From: Verrucomicrobiia bacterium
GTDB lineage: Bacteria; Verrucomicrobiota; Verrucomicrobiia; Chthoniobacterales; CALDSX01
Assembly (NCBI GenBank): GCA_036804205.1
Contig: DAIRSW010000004.1
Coordinates: 1 to 46,100 of the forward strand
Length of the DNA: 46,100 nucleotides
Direction: 5' to 3'
Below, piece after piece: positions 1 to 8,668 of the stretch. The notes under the pieces are model-generated. The model did no database searches. It worked only from the letters and a program-made list of their open reading frames with translations, and had not been told where the DNA came from. Each line of letters begins with the position of its first letter. Position 1 is the first letter of the stretch. The position numbers were made by a program, and so were the translations under genes.

Positions 1-18
1 TGTGCTTGGGTTTTTGCC

Positions 19-975
19 ATGAACGAGGAAGGCTCCATTCACCAGCCGCACGACAAGCTTTTTAAGTCGACCTTTTCGCATCCCGAGAATGCCAGGCCGC
101 TTTTGTGTCATCACTTGCCGGATAAGCTGGTGGCTTCTCTCGATTGGGCCACTCTTGCCCTCAAGCCGGGTTCTTTTATCGATTCTCAGTTTCGATTGAG
201 TGAAAGCGACTTGCTTTTTGCCGTGAAATCAAACTCCGGGCAGGTCCTGATTCACATTCTGTTTGAGCATCAGAAAAAGGATGATCCTGATCTGATGTTT
301 CGATTGCTTCGTTACAAGACGCGGATTTGGGAAACGTTTTCCGGCCCACCGGGCAGCAAGCGGCCGATGATTGTTTCTGTTGTGCTAGCCCAGAACGCCA
401 CCCACTGGGAAGCGCCGCAGCAGTTTGCTGATCTTATCGATGTCACCGCAGGCGGAGAGAAGTTTGTGCCAGACTTTAGTTATGTGCTCATTCAATTGGC
501 GGATCTGCCTTTTGATCATATCGCCGGAACCCCGGATGGAATTTTGGTGATGCGAACTTTCAAGGCCGAGGCGGGTAATGAGTTGTTAGCAGATGAACTG
601 TGGGATACGGAGCTTTTTCGAAAGGCGAGTGCGCAAACCTTCGAGATGGTACTCGGCTACATGCTTTCGAGGAACATTGACAAAGCGGCCTTCAGCACTA
701 AAATTACAGAAATTCAAGATGCGAATATTCGCGATAAAGCTATGACACTCGCTGAACAATTTAAAGAAGAAGGGCTGCAAAAAGGACTTGAGCAAGGACT
801 CTTACGAGGCCGCGAAGAAGGCCGCGAAGAAGGTCGCGAGGAAGGCATGTTGATTGGACAGATCCGGAGTCTTCAAGAGATTTTGCACGAACCTTTAACG
901 CCGGAAGAAGCGCTTTTCACAATGGATCGTGACGCCCTCCGCGACATGGTGAAAGAGCTTAAAGCCCGTTTTTGA
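19..975 (+). CDS. Rpn family recombination-promoting nuclease / putative transposase (YhgA-like, PD-(D/E)XK)
   Basis: 318 aa ORF. The N-terminal HQPHDKLFKSTF motif and overall layout are typical of the YhgA/Rpn (Transposase_31) family. The C-terminal ~80 aa is a charged helical tail containing a (REEG)x3 repeat. Confidence 0.8.
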   Translation: MNEEGSIHQPHDKLFKSTFSHPENARPLLCHHLPDKLVASLDWATLALKPGSFIDSQFRLSESDLLFAVKSNSGQVLIHILFEHQKKDDPDLMFRLLRYKTRIWETFSGPPGSKRPMIVSVVLAQNATHWEAPQQFADLIDVTAGGEKFVPDFSYVLIQLADLPFDHIAGTPDGILVMRTFKAEAGNELLADELWDTELFRKASAQTFEMVLGYMLSRNIDKAAFSTKITEIQDANIRDKAMTLAEQFKEEGLQKGLEQGLLRGREEGREEGREEGMLIGQIRSLQEILHEPLTPEEALFTMDRDALRDMVKELKARF

Positions 976-1030
976 CCACAGCTTCTTCCAGCTGGGCACA
1001 GATAGGAGCCTTTGATTGATGGGCTAGGGT

Positions 1031-1303
1031 GTGCTTGGGTCTTTGCATGAACGTATTCGCGATAAAGCTATGACACTCGCTGAACAATTTAAAGAAGAAG
1101 GGCTGCAAAAAGGACTTGAGCAAGGACTCTTACGAGGCCGCGAAGAAGGCCGCGAAGAAGGTCGCGAGGAAGGCATGTTGATTGGACAGATCCGGAGTCT
1201 TCAAGAGATTTTGCACGAACCTTTAACGCCAGAAGAAGCGCTTTTCACAATGGATCGTGACGCCCTCCGCGAGATGGTGAAAGAGCTTAAAGCCCGTTTT
1301 TGA
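1031..1303 (+). CDS. Rpn C-terminal-domain-only protein, from an internally deleted tandem copy of the upstream rpn gene; likely translated from ATG 1070 (77 aa)
   Basis: nt 1054-1307 match nt 726-979 with 2 substitutions. The protein equals residues 242-318 of the full-length ORF with one D-to-E change. The leader 1031-1053 matches nt 2-25. Confidence 0.55.
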   Translation: MLGSLHERIRDKAMTLAEQFKEEGLQKGLEQGLLRGREEGREEGREEGMLIGQIRSLQEILHEPLTPEEALFTMDRDALREMVKELKARF

Positions 1304-1307
1304 CCAC
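1031..1307 (+). repeat. Tandem partial duplication: leader (copy of 2-25) fused to a copy of 726-979
   Basis: Direct base-by-base comparison. The offset is 328 nt, with 2 mismatches in 254 nt. The leader has 1 substitution and a 1-nt deletion. A more diverged third leader-like stretch lies at about 1354-1375. Confidence 0.95.
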
Positions 1308-1475
1308 CTTTCCGTAGCGGCACAGGTAGGGGTTTATGCTTATCAAGCCCGCTGTGTGCTTTCGTCCGGCCAACGCCGGGACTCCAAATTGCCCGTTTTT
1401 TCAGCGCCGCACTCTTGGAGCTCTCCGGCCTTGCTGTCAGCGCTAGGACAAATGAAGTGTGCGAGGCCCAGCAAT

Positions 1476-1865
1476 TCAGGTGGTGGCTTCATCCTGGAGA
1501 GCCAAAATATCTTGGATGGCTTGCTCGGGATCTTTGATCTGACCGCCCCAGGAGAGGATGCGAGCTTTAGCTCCGGCGGCCTCGGCTTGTTTAATGCGAT
1601 GATCGCGCACGTAAAAGAGAGAGAGACTTGACCAAGCCAACTGATCCTGCGGCTGAAGTCTGACCGCGCTTAGTCCTGCCTCAATCGCCTCCGGATAACG
1701 TCCGAGTTTCATCAAAGTCATGGCAAACGCATGCCAGCCATCAAAATGGTCCGGCGCGGCAACAGTGATTTGTTGGAACTTCTCGGCCGCAGCGGCGAGG
1801 TCGCCGATCGCAACGTCCCCGCTGGCGTCGTCAAAGAGGGTTTCTAGATTTTCGGGTAGCTCCAC
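1476..1865 (-). CDS. small TPR-repeat protein
   Basis: 129 aa ORF with TPR-like helical repeats (AFAMTLMKLGRYPEAIEAGLSAVRLQP). It lies 15 nt downstream of the DUF59 gene on the same strand. Confidence 0.6.
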   Translation of the reverse strand: MELPENLETLFDDASGDVAIGDLAAAAEKFQQITVAAPDHFDGWHAFAMTLMKLGRYPEAIEAGLSAVRLQPQDQLAWSSLSLFYVRDHRIKQAEAAGAKARILSWGGQIKDPEQAIQDILALQDEATT

Positions 1866-1880
1866 AACGATATATCGTGC

Positions 1881-2420
1881 TTACTGCATGCCCAAGATTT
1901 CACGTCCCGCAGCGGAAATGAGTTCGGCGCTCCAAAGCGGTTCCCAGACCACATCGACGTTGGCTTCGGTGATGCTTGGGATGCTTTCGATTTTCATCTT
2001 GGCATCCTGAGCAATGCTTGGGCCCATCCCGCAGCCGGGTGCGGTGAGAGTCATGTCCACCTCAACCCGGTCGCCTTGCTCGCCGGGTTTGATTTCCATG
2101 CGATACACCAAACCGAGATCGACGATGTTCACTGGGATTTCCGGATCAAATACCGTTTTGAGTTGAGCCCAAACCTGATCCTCCAACGAGCCTTTTTGTG
2201 CTTCGGCCTCATGGGTATCGATGCTTAGGCCGAGGGCGTCGGCGTCGGAACCGTGGACGCGAAATAGGCCGGCTTGACTGGGAATGAGAACAGTAAAGGA
2301 TCCGCCTAAACTTTGGGTGATGACTAGTTCTGCTCCGGCAGGAAGGTCGAAAGGATCGCCGCTCGGAATGCGAATGGCAGTGAGGGCACGATTGGTGGTG
2401 ACGGTTGAGGCGTGTTCCAT
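1881..2420 (-). CDS. DUF59 / MIP18-family Fe-S cluster assembly protein (SufT-like) with an N-terminal extension
   Basis: C-terminal half carries VFDPEIPVNIVDLGLVY ... LTAPGCGMG ... V.WEP.W, the characteristic DUF59 signature. Confidence 0.7.
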   Translation of the reverse strand: MEHASTVTTNRALTAIRIPSGDPFDLPAGAELVITQSLGGSFTVLIPSQAGLFRVHGSDADALGLSIDTHEAEAQKGSLEDQVWAQLKTVFDPEIPVNIVDLGLVYRMEIKPGEQGDRVEVDMTLTAPGCGMGPSIAQDAKMKIESIPSITEANVDVVWEPLWSAELISAAGREILGMQ

Positions 2421-2467
2421 ATAAAAAGCTTTGTTTGGGCTTTATACTATCAGAAATCTTGAGCTTG

Positions 2468-2937
2468 CCAAGGCTTTGGAGGGGCATGGGAATTGTTAGA
2501 ACATGCCCCACAGCTTTCTCTGCATTTGGTGTTCGCACGTTCGCACAAAAGACCGCGCCAGCGTAATCACCCCCGGTTGGAAGCCGTGGCGCCGGCGTGA
2601 CGTATGGCGAGCGTTATTTGGGGCAGCAGCATTGTCCACCGCCCCCATGGGGCGGTTCGTGTGTTGCGCAACCACCGGTGGCTTGCGCCACCGGCTACTA
2701 CCCTTACGGCCCTGCCGGGCCAAGTACATTCCGCAAACAAACTGGCCAAGGGGCGAAATCTCATGAGCTGTTCGCACGCTACCAACTCTGCTGGGTGGTC
2801 TTTTGTCCAGCAACCAATCTGTTTGGGGGCTATCAACGCAACGTGTGACTCAGGGGGCAGCCGTGGAGCGGGGGCTTTGTGCTTCTTGGAGTGACTTTTC
2901 TCTTGTCGACACAGCGGATTGGCATGATAAAGAGCGC
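2468..2937. other. Candidate structured RNA / highly structured GC-rich intergenic region (class and strand unresolved)
   Basis: Divergent intergenic region. Perfect 8-bp hairpins at 2481-2509, 2638-2656 and 2675-2694, and a 5-bp hairpin at 2708-2721. A ~17-bp long-range helix pairs 2545-2563 with 2789-2806. Overlapping ORFs in five of the six frames show a lack of stop codons. Confidence 0.35.
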
Positions 2938-4086
2938 GTGTTAGGATTTTTTCAGCCCCGGTATCTACGCGAAGGGAAGATCGTGGTAAAAAGCGCTCGC
3001 AAGATTTTGCGGCATGAAAAAGATCGTCTTGGCGAGGAGAAATTGGCAAAACTGGAGCAGCAGGTTGATGCCTTGCAGGAAGCCGTCGCCTCAGGCAAGG
3101 CGGACGCCATTCAGAAGGCTCAAGCGCAGACGGAGAAGGCCTTTGCCAAAGTCCCTGGCGCTAAAGTCAGTGCTTGGAGGGAGAATGTGGAGGTTATCGT
3201 CGTGGCGGTGGTATTGGCTTTGGGTGTACGCACCTATCTTTTGCAGCCTTTTAAGATTCCGACCGGATCGATGCAGCCGACATTAAACGGAATCATTGGC
3301 ACCCCGATGGAGGAGGACGAAGAGTTTCCGCCCGGGTGGCAACGGCTCGCCGAAGCAGCTTTTTTAGGAAGACAATATTTTGAGATCGTCAGCCGGAATG
3401 ATGAGCATGTGGTGGAATTGCGTGAGCAACAGAAATTTCTTCTATTCACCGAGACTGAAATTATAACCACACGATCCCGTTATGTGGTGCCAGCTTCTAG
3501 TGCTGTGGTGGAACAGGACTTCGAGGTGAGACCGGGTAAAGCATTTCAGCCTGGGGAAATTATCGCGCGTGGCGCGGTGGATACAGGCGACCAGGTTTTG
3601 GTGGACAAGATCTCCTATCATTTTGTGCCGCCTCGCCGGAGTGAGGTGTTTGTCTTTCGTACCACCGCGATTCGTGGCATTCGGATTCCGGCTAATATGG
3701 GGGCGCAACATTATATTAAACGTTTGGCCGGTTTGCCGGGCGATAGCTTGCAGATTCAACCGCCGAATCTCCTGGTGAACGGGAGAATTGCCGAAGAGCA
3801 GGCTTTTCGGCGAGTCATGAGCCAGGAAGATGGTTATGTAGGATACTTTTTGGGAAGTAAAGGAGTAGGGCAACCGGAGCTGGGAGAGATGGGAGCCCAA
3901 CGCTCATACCTCACTTCGGAGTTTGAACGCTTCACACTTCCGGAAGGCGAATACTTCGCGCTGGGGGACAATAGTAACCGGAGCTTTGATAGTCGTGGAT
4001 GGGGCACTGTGCCTGAAAGAAATTTAGTGGGCCGGGGGATGATCGTCTATTATCCATTTAACAAGCACTGGGGATTGATCCAGTAG
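2938..4086 (+). CDS. lepB: signal peptidase I
   Basis: Boxes GSMQPTL (Ser), GDQVLVDK, YIKRLAGLPGD (Lys) and GDNSNRSFDSRGWG. The ORF is open from 2803, but the in-frame GTG at 2938 (MLGFFQPRYLREGK...) is a more plausible start. The upstream part overlaps the structured region. Confidence 0.85.
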   Translation: MLGFFQPRYLREGKIVVKSARKILRHEKDRLGEEKLAKLEQQVDALQEAVASGKADAIQKAQAQTEKAFAKVPGAKVSAWRENVEVIVVAVVLALGVRTYLLQPFKIPTGSMQPTLNGIIGTPMEEDEEFPPGWQRLAEAAFLGRQYFEIVSRNDEHVVELREQQKFLLFTETEIITTRSRYVVPASSAVVEQDFEVRPGKAFQPGEIIARGAVDTGDQVLVDKISYHFVPPRRSEVFVFRTTAIRGIRIPANMGAQHYIKRLAGLPGDSLQIQPPNLLVNGRIAEEQAFRRVMSQEDGYVGYFLGSKGVGQPELGEMGAQRSYLTSEFERFTLPEGEYFALGDNSNRSFDSRGWGTVPERNLVGRGMIVYYPFNKHWGLIQ

Positions 4087-4122
4087 GCAGGGCGGCTGGT
4101 CTGGTCGCACGATGAGGGCACC

Positions 4123-5328
4123 ATGATTGCTTGGATAGATTGGATCGACTGGACTGTCGAAACATGGATTGTACTGGTGGGATGGGGCTTGGTATTGATC
4201 GGGTATGTGGTCCTAATGCAGTTTCAAGGGGCATCACGCGCGTTCCAGCAAGGGCGGCGTTGCGTCCAGCGCTACACCATTTTGCAGTGGCTCCCGGGTT
4301 GGTTTGGTTTTTTTTATGTGCTGTGGGTTTACATCAAGGAAGGGTTGCTCCGTTGGTATGCGCAGGACCGGGTGGAACCACTGCTGCCGTGGGGGGAAGG
4401 ATGGCAGGGATTGGATTGGTTGGGAGTTTGGGCGCCGGAGATGTTTTGGCTGGGCCTCGAAAAGTTGGCAGGCCTGTTTCATGTGGTGGCAACGCCAGGA
4501 CCGTTGACTTTGTTTTTGGCGGCGTGGTTATTGACTCAGCCGGCTGGTCTAACCGTGGTGAAGCAGCTTTACACACGGTTTGGACGTTGGAGCTGGTGTT
4601 TCTATAGCGCGTTGTCCTTCGGATTGATTGGGGTGTTGCTGCGATGGTTTTACATCCTGCCACCGTCTTGGTGGCCGAGTGCGTTTTTCCAATCCAACTG
4701 GATGATGATTTTTGGGGTGCTCGAGATTTTCGCCCTGATGTTTGAGTATGCTTTGGCCTACGGGGTGCAACTGTACCTGATCTTGTTTGTGATCAACTGG
4801 ATCAATGGTCGTGCGGCCCGGCCATCCGTGTTGACGGAACAATCCGCCCGGCGATGGGTGGCTTCTTTAATTTGGGTAGGTCCCTTGGCGCTTCTTGGAG
4901 CGAGTCTGGTCCAAGGCCTTTGGCTTATGGAAATGTTTGGAGTGCTGGCGGAGGGGGAAGCGGAACAGCTGGTGCCACGGGCTCGGGCGGTGTTAAGTTT
5001 AGTCGTTATTGCCGGTGCGAGTTTTCAGTGGCGCTTGCTGATGCTGGATACGCCTGTGACCAAGTTGGTTGCCCAAGAGCGTGTTTTAATCCGGCAACGC
5101 GGGGGAGAAGTCTTTTGGTTCATGCTGGTAGCAAGCTTGCACCTGGGCTTGTTGATTCTCCTTGAGACGACTGTGAATCAGAGCATCGGTGATTGGAATC
5201 TCGTAGCCCTACTGGTGCGGCTGGGCTTTGCTCTGGTCTGGGGCTGGCTTTTGGGGTGGTTGTTGGCAGCATGGATTTGTCTGCTGGCTGGAGGCCGCCT
5301 GTTCGGCAAGCATCGTCTGACCTACTAG
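4123..5328 (+). CDS. polytopic inner-membrane protein of unknown function
   Basis: 401 aa, Trp/Leu-rich, with about 9-10 hydrophobic segments. I recognise no family motif. It sits 36 nt downstream of lepB. Confidence 0.6.
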   Translation: MIAWIDWIDWTVETWIVLVGWGLVLIGYVVLMQFQGASRAFQQGRRCVQRYTILQWLPGWFGFFYVLWVYIKEGLLRWYAQDRVEPLLPWGEGWQGLDWLGVWAPEMFWLGLEKLAGLFHVVATPGPLTLFLAAWLLTQPAGLTVVKQLYTRFGRWSWCFYSALSFGLIGVLLRWFYILPPSWWPSAFFQSNWMMIFGVLEIFALMFEYALAYGVQLYLILFVINWINGRAARPSVLTEQSARRWVASLIWVGPLALLGASLVQGLWLMEMFGVLAEGEAEQLVPRARAVLSLVVIAGASFQWRLLMLDTPVTKLVAQERVLIRQRGGEVFWFMLVASLHLGLLILLETTVNQSIGDWNLVALLVRLGFALVWGWLLGWLLAAWICLLAGGRLFGKHRLTY

Positions 5329-5391
5329 TTTGCGGTGAGGAGCGACGTCGCTGGGCCGAAACTCGTTTCGAGTTCCTCTCCAGCATCTGGC

Positions 5392-7338
5392 CTATTCCTC
5401 GACGCTGGCGAGCCGGGTGAGCACGCTAAGGTCTTCTAATGTGGTGGTGTCACCGGAAATTGCGCTGCCGCTGGCGATTTCTTTGAGCAAGCGTCGCATG
5501 ATTTTGCCACTGCGGGTTTTAGGCAGCGCTTCGGCAAAACGAACTTCGTCCGGTCGTGCAATAGGCCCAATCATTTGAGCCACATGTTTTCTGAGTTCCT
5601 GCTGCAGATCCTGAGTGGCTTTGACGCCTTGCTTCACGGTAACAAAAGCGACCACGCCTTGGCCTTTGATTTCGTCTGGCCGGCCTACTACGGCGGCTTC
5701 GGCTACGGCATGGTGACTGACTAAGGCGCTTTCAATTTCGCTGGTGCCGAGGCGGTGGCCGGCCACGTTAAGCACGTCATCAATCCGGCCCACGATCCAG
5801 AAGTTGCCGTCGGCATCGCGCCGGGCCCCGTCGCCAGTAAAATACCAGCCCGCAAATTCGCTCCAATAGGTTTTTTGAAAGCGTTCGGGGTCACCGTAAA
5901 TGCCGCGGAGCATGCTGGGCCAGGGTTTGCGGATGACCAATTTGCCCCCGGTGTTGGGAGGAACTTCTTGGCCTTGATCATCCACCACCGCGACATCCAC
6001 GCCAAAGAAAGGGAGAGTGGCGGTGCCTGGTTTGCATGGTGTGGCACCAGGTAGTGGGGTGATCATGATAGCCCCGGTTTCGGTTTGCCACCAGGTGTCC
6101 ACAATGGGGCAGCGGCCTCCTCCGATGACTTGGTGATACCACATCCAGGCTTCCGGATTGATGGGTTCGCCCACGGTGCCCAAAAGCCTGAGCGAGCTGA
6201 GATCGTGTTTGGCCGGCCAATGGTCACCAGCTTTAATAAAGGCTCGGATGGCGGTGGGGGCGGTATAAAGAATATTGACCCCCCAGGACTCAACGAGTTG
6301 CCAGAAACGGTCTGGCTCCGGCCAGTTGGGCGCGCCTTCGTACATGAGCACGGTGGCCCCGTTGGAAAGCGGGCCGTAGACGAGGTAACTGTGCCCGGTA
6401 ATCCAGCCTACGTCGGCGGTGCACCAGTAGACATCGTTTTCTTGAAGATCGAAAACCATTTGGCTGGTCATCGTAGCACCCAGAAGATAACCGGCACTGC
6501 TGTGAAGAATGCCTTTCGGTTTTCCGGTGGAACCGCTGGTGTAAAGGATGAAAAGTGGATGCTCACTATCGAGCTCTTCGGGCGGGCAGTTGGCGTCGAC
6601 GTATTCAAGTTCGCGATGCCACCAGACATCGCGGCCTGGTTCAATATGGATATCGTTGTTGGCGCGTCGGAAGACCACCACTTTTTGTACGGCATGCTCG
6701 CCTTCAAGAGCATGATCAACGTTCTTTTTTAGGGGCACGATGGAGCCTCGACGATAGCCGCCGTCGGCGGTGATGATGAGTTTGGCCCCGCTGTCTTTCA
6801 GCCGGTCTTTGATGGCTTCGGAGCTGAAGCCTCCAAAAACCACGGAGTGCACTGCACCCAGGCGAGCACAAGCCAGCATGGCGATGGCGGCTTCGGGGAT
6901 GAGCGGCATGTAGATTAAAACGCGATCGCCCTTTTGCAGACCTTGGCGTTTGAGCACATTGGCGAAGCGGCAGGTTTCGCGGTGCAATTGCTGGTAAGTG
7001 AGGGTGCGTTTTTCGCCTGGTTCACCTTCCCAGAGGATGGCGGCTTTGTTGCGGCGTTCGCCTAGGGCATGCCGATCGACGCAATTTGCGCACACATTGA
7101 GCTGACCTCCATCGAACCAGCGTGCATGAGGTGGCTGCCAGTCAAGGACACGTTCGAACGGCTTGAGCCAAGTGAGGTATTTCTCAGCTTGTTCTTTCCA
7201 AAAAGCCTCGGGCTCACCAAGGGAGCGCTGATGCGCTTGTTGGTAGTCAGAGAAGGAGTTGAGTCGCGCATTTTCCGCAAAGTCGGTAGGAGGAAGAAAC
7301 ACGCGATCTTCTTGAAGGTGGGATTCGATATTGTTCAT
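5392..7338 (-). CDS. acs: acetyl-CoA synthetase (AMP-forming)
   Basis: Full-length match to the Acs architecture: [14 protein letters not shown]-binding motif and a C-terminal [11 protein letters not shown]. The ORF is open to 7389, but [14 protein letters not shown] at 7338 is the conventional start. Confidence 0.95.
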   Translation of the reverse strand: MNNIESHLQEDRVFLPPTDFAENARLNSFSDYQQAHQRSLGEPEAFWKEQAEKYLTWLKPFERVLDWQPPHARWFDGGQLNVCANCVDRHALGERRNKAAILWEGEPGEKRTLTYQQLHRETCRFANVLKRQGLQKGDRVLIYMPLIPEAAIAMLACARLGAVHSVVFGGFSSEAIKDRLKDSGAKLIITADGGYRRGSIVPLKKNVDHALEGEHAVQKVVVFRRANNDIHIEPGRDVWWHRELEYVDANCPPEELDSEHPLFILYTSGSTGKPKGILHSSAGYLLGATMTSQMVFDLQENDVYWCTADVGWITGHSYLVYGPLSNGATVLMYEGAPNWPEPDRFWQLVESWGVNILYTAPTAIRAFIKAGDHWPAKHDLSSLRLLGTVGEPINPEAWMWYHQVIGGGRCPIVDTWWQTETGAIMITPLPGATPCKPGTATLPFFGVDVAVVDDQGQEVPPNTGGKLVIRKPWPSMLRGIYGDPERFQKTYWSEFAGWYFTGDGARRDADGNFWIVGRIDDVLNVAGHRLGTSEIESALVSHHAVAEAAVVGRPDEIKGQGVVAFVTVKQGVKATQDLQQELRKHVAQMIGPIARPDEVRFAEALPKTRSGKIMRRLLKEIASGSAISGDTTTLEDLSVLTRLASVEE

Positions 7339-7470
7339 AGGGGAAAAAAGGAATGAGAGTATGCAAACTAAGACCGGGGCTGTGCGCAAGACGCGAATAC
7401 CTAAAAATAGAGGCGGTTTTCTAAGGAAAAAAAGGATTCGTTTTTGTGTCTGGCTTAATTTTGGGCCACG

Positions 7471-8658
7471 TTGTCGGATATGAAGCGTGTTTTAGTGATG
7501 TCTGCTAGTGCGGGAACGGGCCACGTGCGAGCTGCGGAGGCCTTGGTGAAGGCTTTTAGCAACGATCCACTTGTGGAGCGGGTGATCCACGAGGATGCGT
7601 TAAACTATACCAATACGTTTTTCCGCGATTTCTACTCTAAGTTTTACACTCAGCTGGTGCGGTTTGCGCCAGAGTTTCTTGGCTGGTGGTACGATGCCAG
7701 CGACGAGCCTTGGAAAACGGATCGAATGCGGATCGCACTGGATCGCTTGAACACCGGACCTTTGGTGAAAATGATTAAGCAGTTCGATCCTCACATTACG
7801 GTGTGCACCCATTTTATGCCGGCCGGCATTATGTCACACCTGATTGCTAAAGAGGTTTTAGAGGCGCATTTATCGATTGTGGTGACGGACATGGATTTTC
7901 ATGCGATGTGGTTGTCCAGGGTGTTTCACCGATATTTTGTGGCTATTGATGAAACGCGAGCGCATTTGCAAGCTTTAGGACTTCCCCAAGAGCGTATTTC
8001 GGTAACAGGGATCCCGGTGGACCCTGTATTTGCGGAGCCAGTCGATGTGGAAAGTGCACGGAAATCGTATGGCTTGCAACCGGATCGTCCGACCCTCTTG
8101 GTGAGCGCAGGTGCTCTTGGGGTTAGCCCGGCGGAGTTTGTGGTCGAGCGCTTAAGGACCCTTAACGAAGCCTATCAGGTGGTGGTGGTTTGTGGCAAGA
8201 ACCATGAGCTTCGGGACAAACTTCGGCAGGCTCACGCGGATGTGCATCCACGATTTTTAATCTTGGGTTACACCGACGAAATGCATGTGCTGATGAAAAT
8301 GAGTGACCTCTACATTGGCAAGCCGGGTGGTCTGACCACGGCTGAGACCTTAGCCTGCGGCCTGCCCATGATCATTGTTGACCCTATACCCGGTCAAGAA
8401 GAACGTAACAGTGATCATCTTCTGGAGGACGGAGTGGCGGTTAAGTGCAACGAATACACAACAATCCCGTATAAGGTGGAGCGCTTGTTTGGGAATCCCG
8501 GCCGTTTGGAGGGTATGCGCCAACGCGCGAAAGCCCTTGGGCAGCCCAATGCAGCGACAAAAATCGCGCAGACCTTAATACATGATAAGCTGCCGCCTTT
8601 GACCTTTAGTAAGCAAGAAAGGGATAATATCGCACAACAAGCCTCGGGGGGAGATTAA
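7471..8658 (+). CDS. MGDG-synthase-like glycosyltransferase (GT28 family, diacylglycerol glycosyltransferase-like)
   Basis: N-terminal [15 protein letters not shown] and a C-terminal [10 protein letters not shown]...P..GQE..N pattern, typical of MGDG_synth plus Glyco_tran_28_C proteins. Alternative ATG start at 7480. Confidence 0.8.
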   Translation: MSDMKRVLVMSASAGTGHVRAAEALVKAFSNDPLVERVIHEDALNYTNTFFRDFYSKFYTQLVRFAPEFLGWWYDASDEPWKTDRMRIALDRLNTGPLVKMIKQFDPHITVCTHFMPAGIMSHLIAKEVLEAHLSIVVTDMDFHAMWLSRVFHRYFVAIDETRAHLQALGLPQERISVTGIPVDPVFAEPVDVESARKSYGLQPDRPTLLVSAGALGVSPAEFVVERLRTLNEAYQVVVVCGKNHELRDKLRQAHADVHPRFLILGYTDEMHVLMKMSDLYIGKPGGLTTAETLACGLPMIIVDPIPGQEERNSDHLLEDGVAVKCNEYTTIPYKVERLFGNPGRLEGMRQRAKALGQPNAATKIAQTLIHDKLPPLTFSKQERDNIAQQASGGD

Positions 8659-8668
8659 AACGTGACAT

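Noticed and set aside
1356-1631. 91-aa ORF after the short rpn copy
   Set aside because: It starts in the degenerate third leader remnant, overlaps the convergent TPR gene, and has a low-complexity, non-protein-like sequence. The region is better explained as a decayed repeat unit.
2440-2940. Identification of the structured intergenic region as RNase P RNA, tmRNA, SRP RNA or a cobalamin riboswitch
   Set aside because: I looked on both strands for the signatures I know and found no clean match. These were RNase P GGAAAGUCCGGGC and ACAGAACCCGGC, a tmRNA GGUUCGA T-loop with an acceptor end plus a tag reading frame ending in ...LAA-stop, SRP GGAAGCAGCC with a GGAA loop, and a B12 box. One stretch on the minus strand (GUAAGGGUAGUAGCCGGUGGCGCAAGCCACCGG) loosely resembles the RNase P P11-P12 region, but the universal P4 elements are missing.
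6085-6732. Long antisense ORFs inside acs (215 aa), gdh (40939-41469, 176 aa), lptF/G (15441-15968, 175 aa), GH1 (9296-9739) and clpC
   Set aside because: These are shadow ORFs on the opposite strand of well-supported, GC-biased genes. They have Arg/Pro/Gly-rich low-complexity translations and no independent signals.
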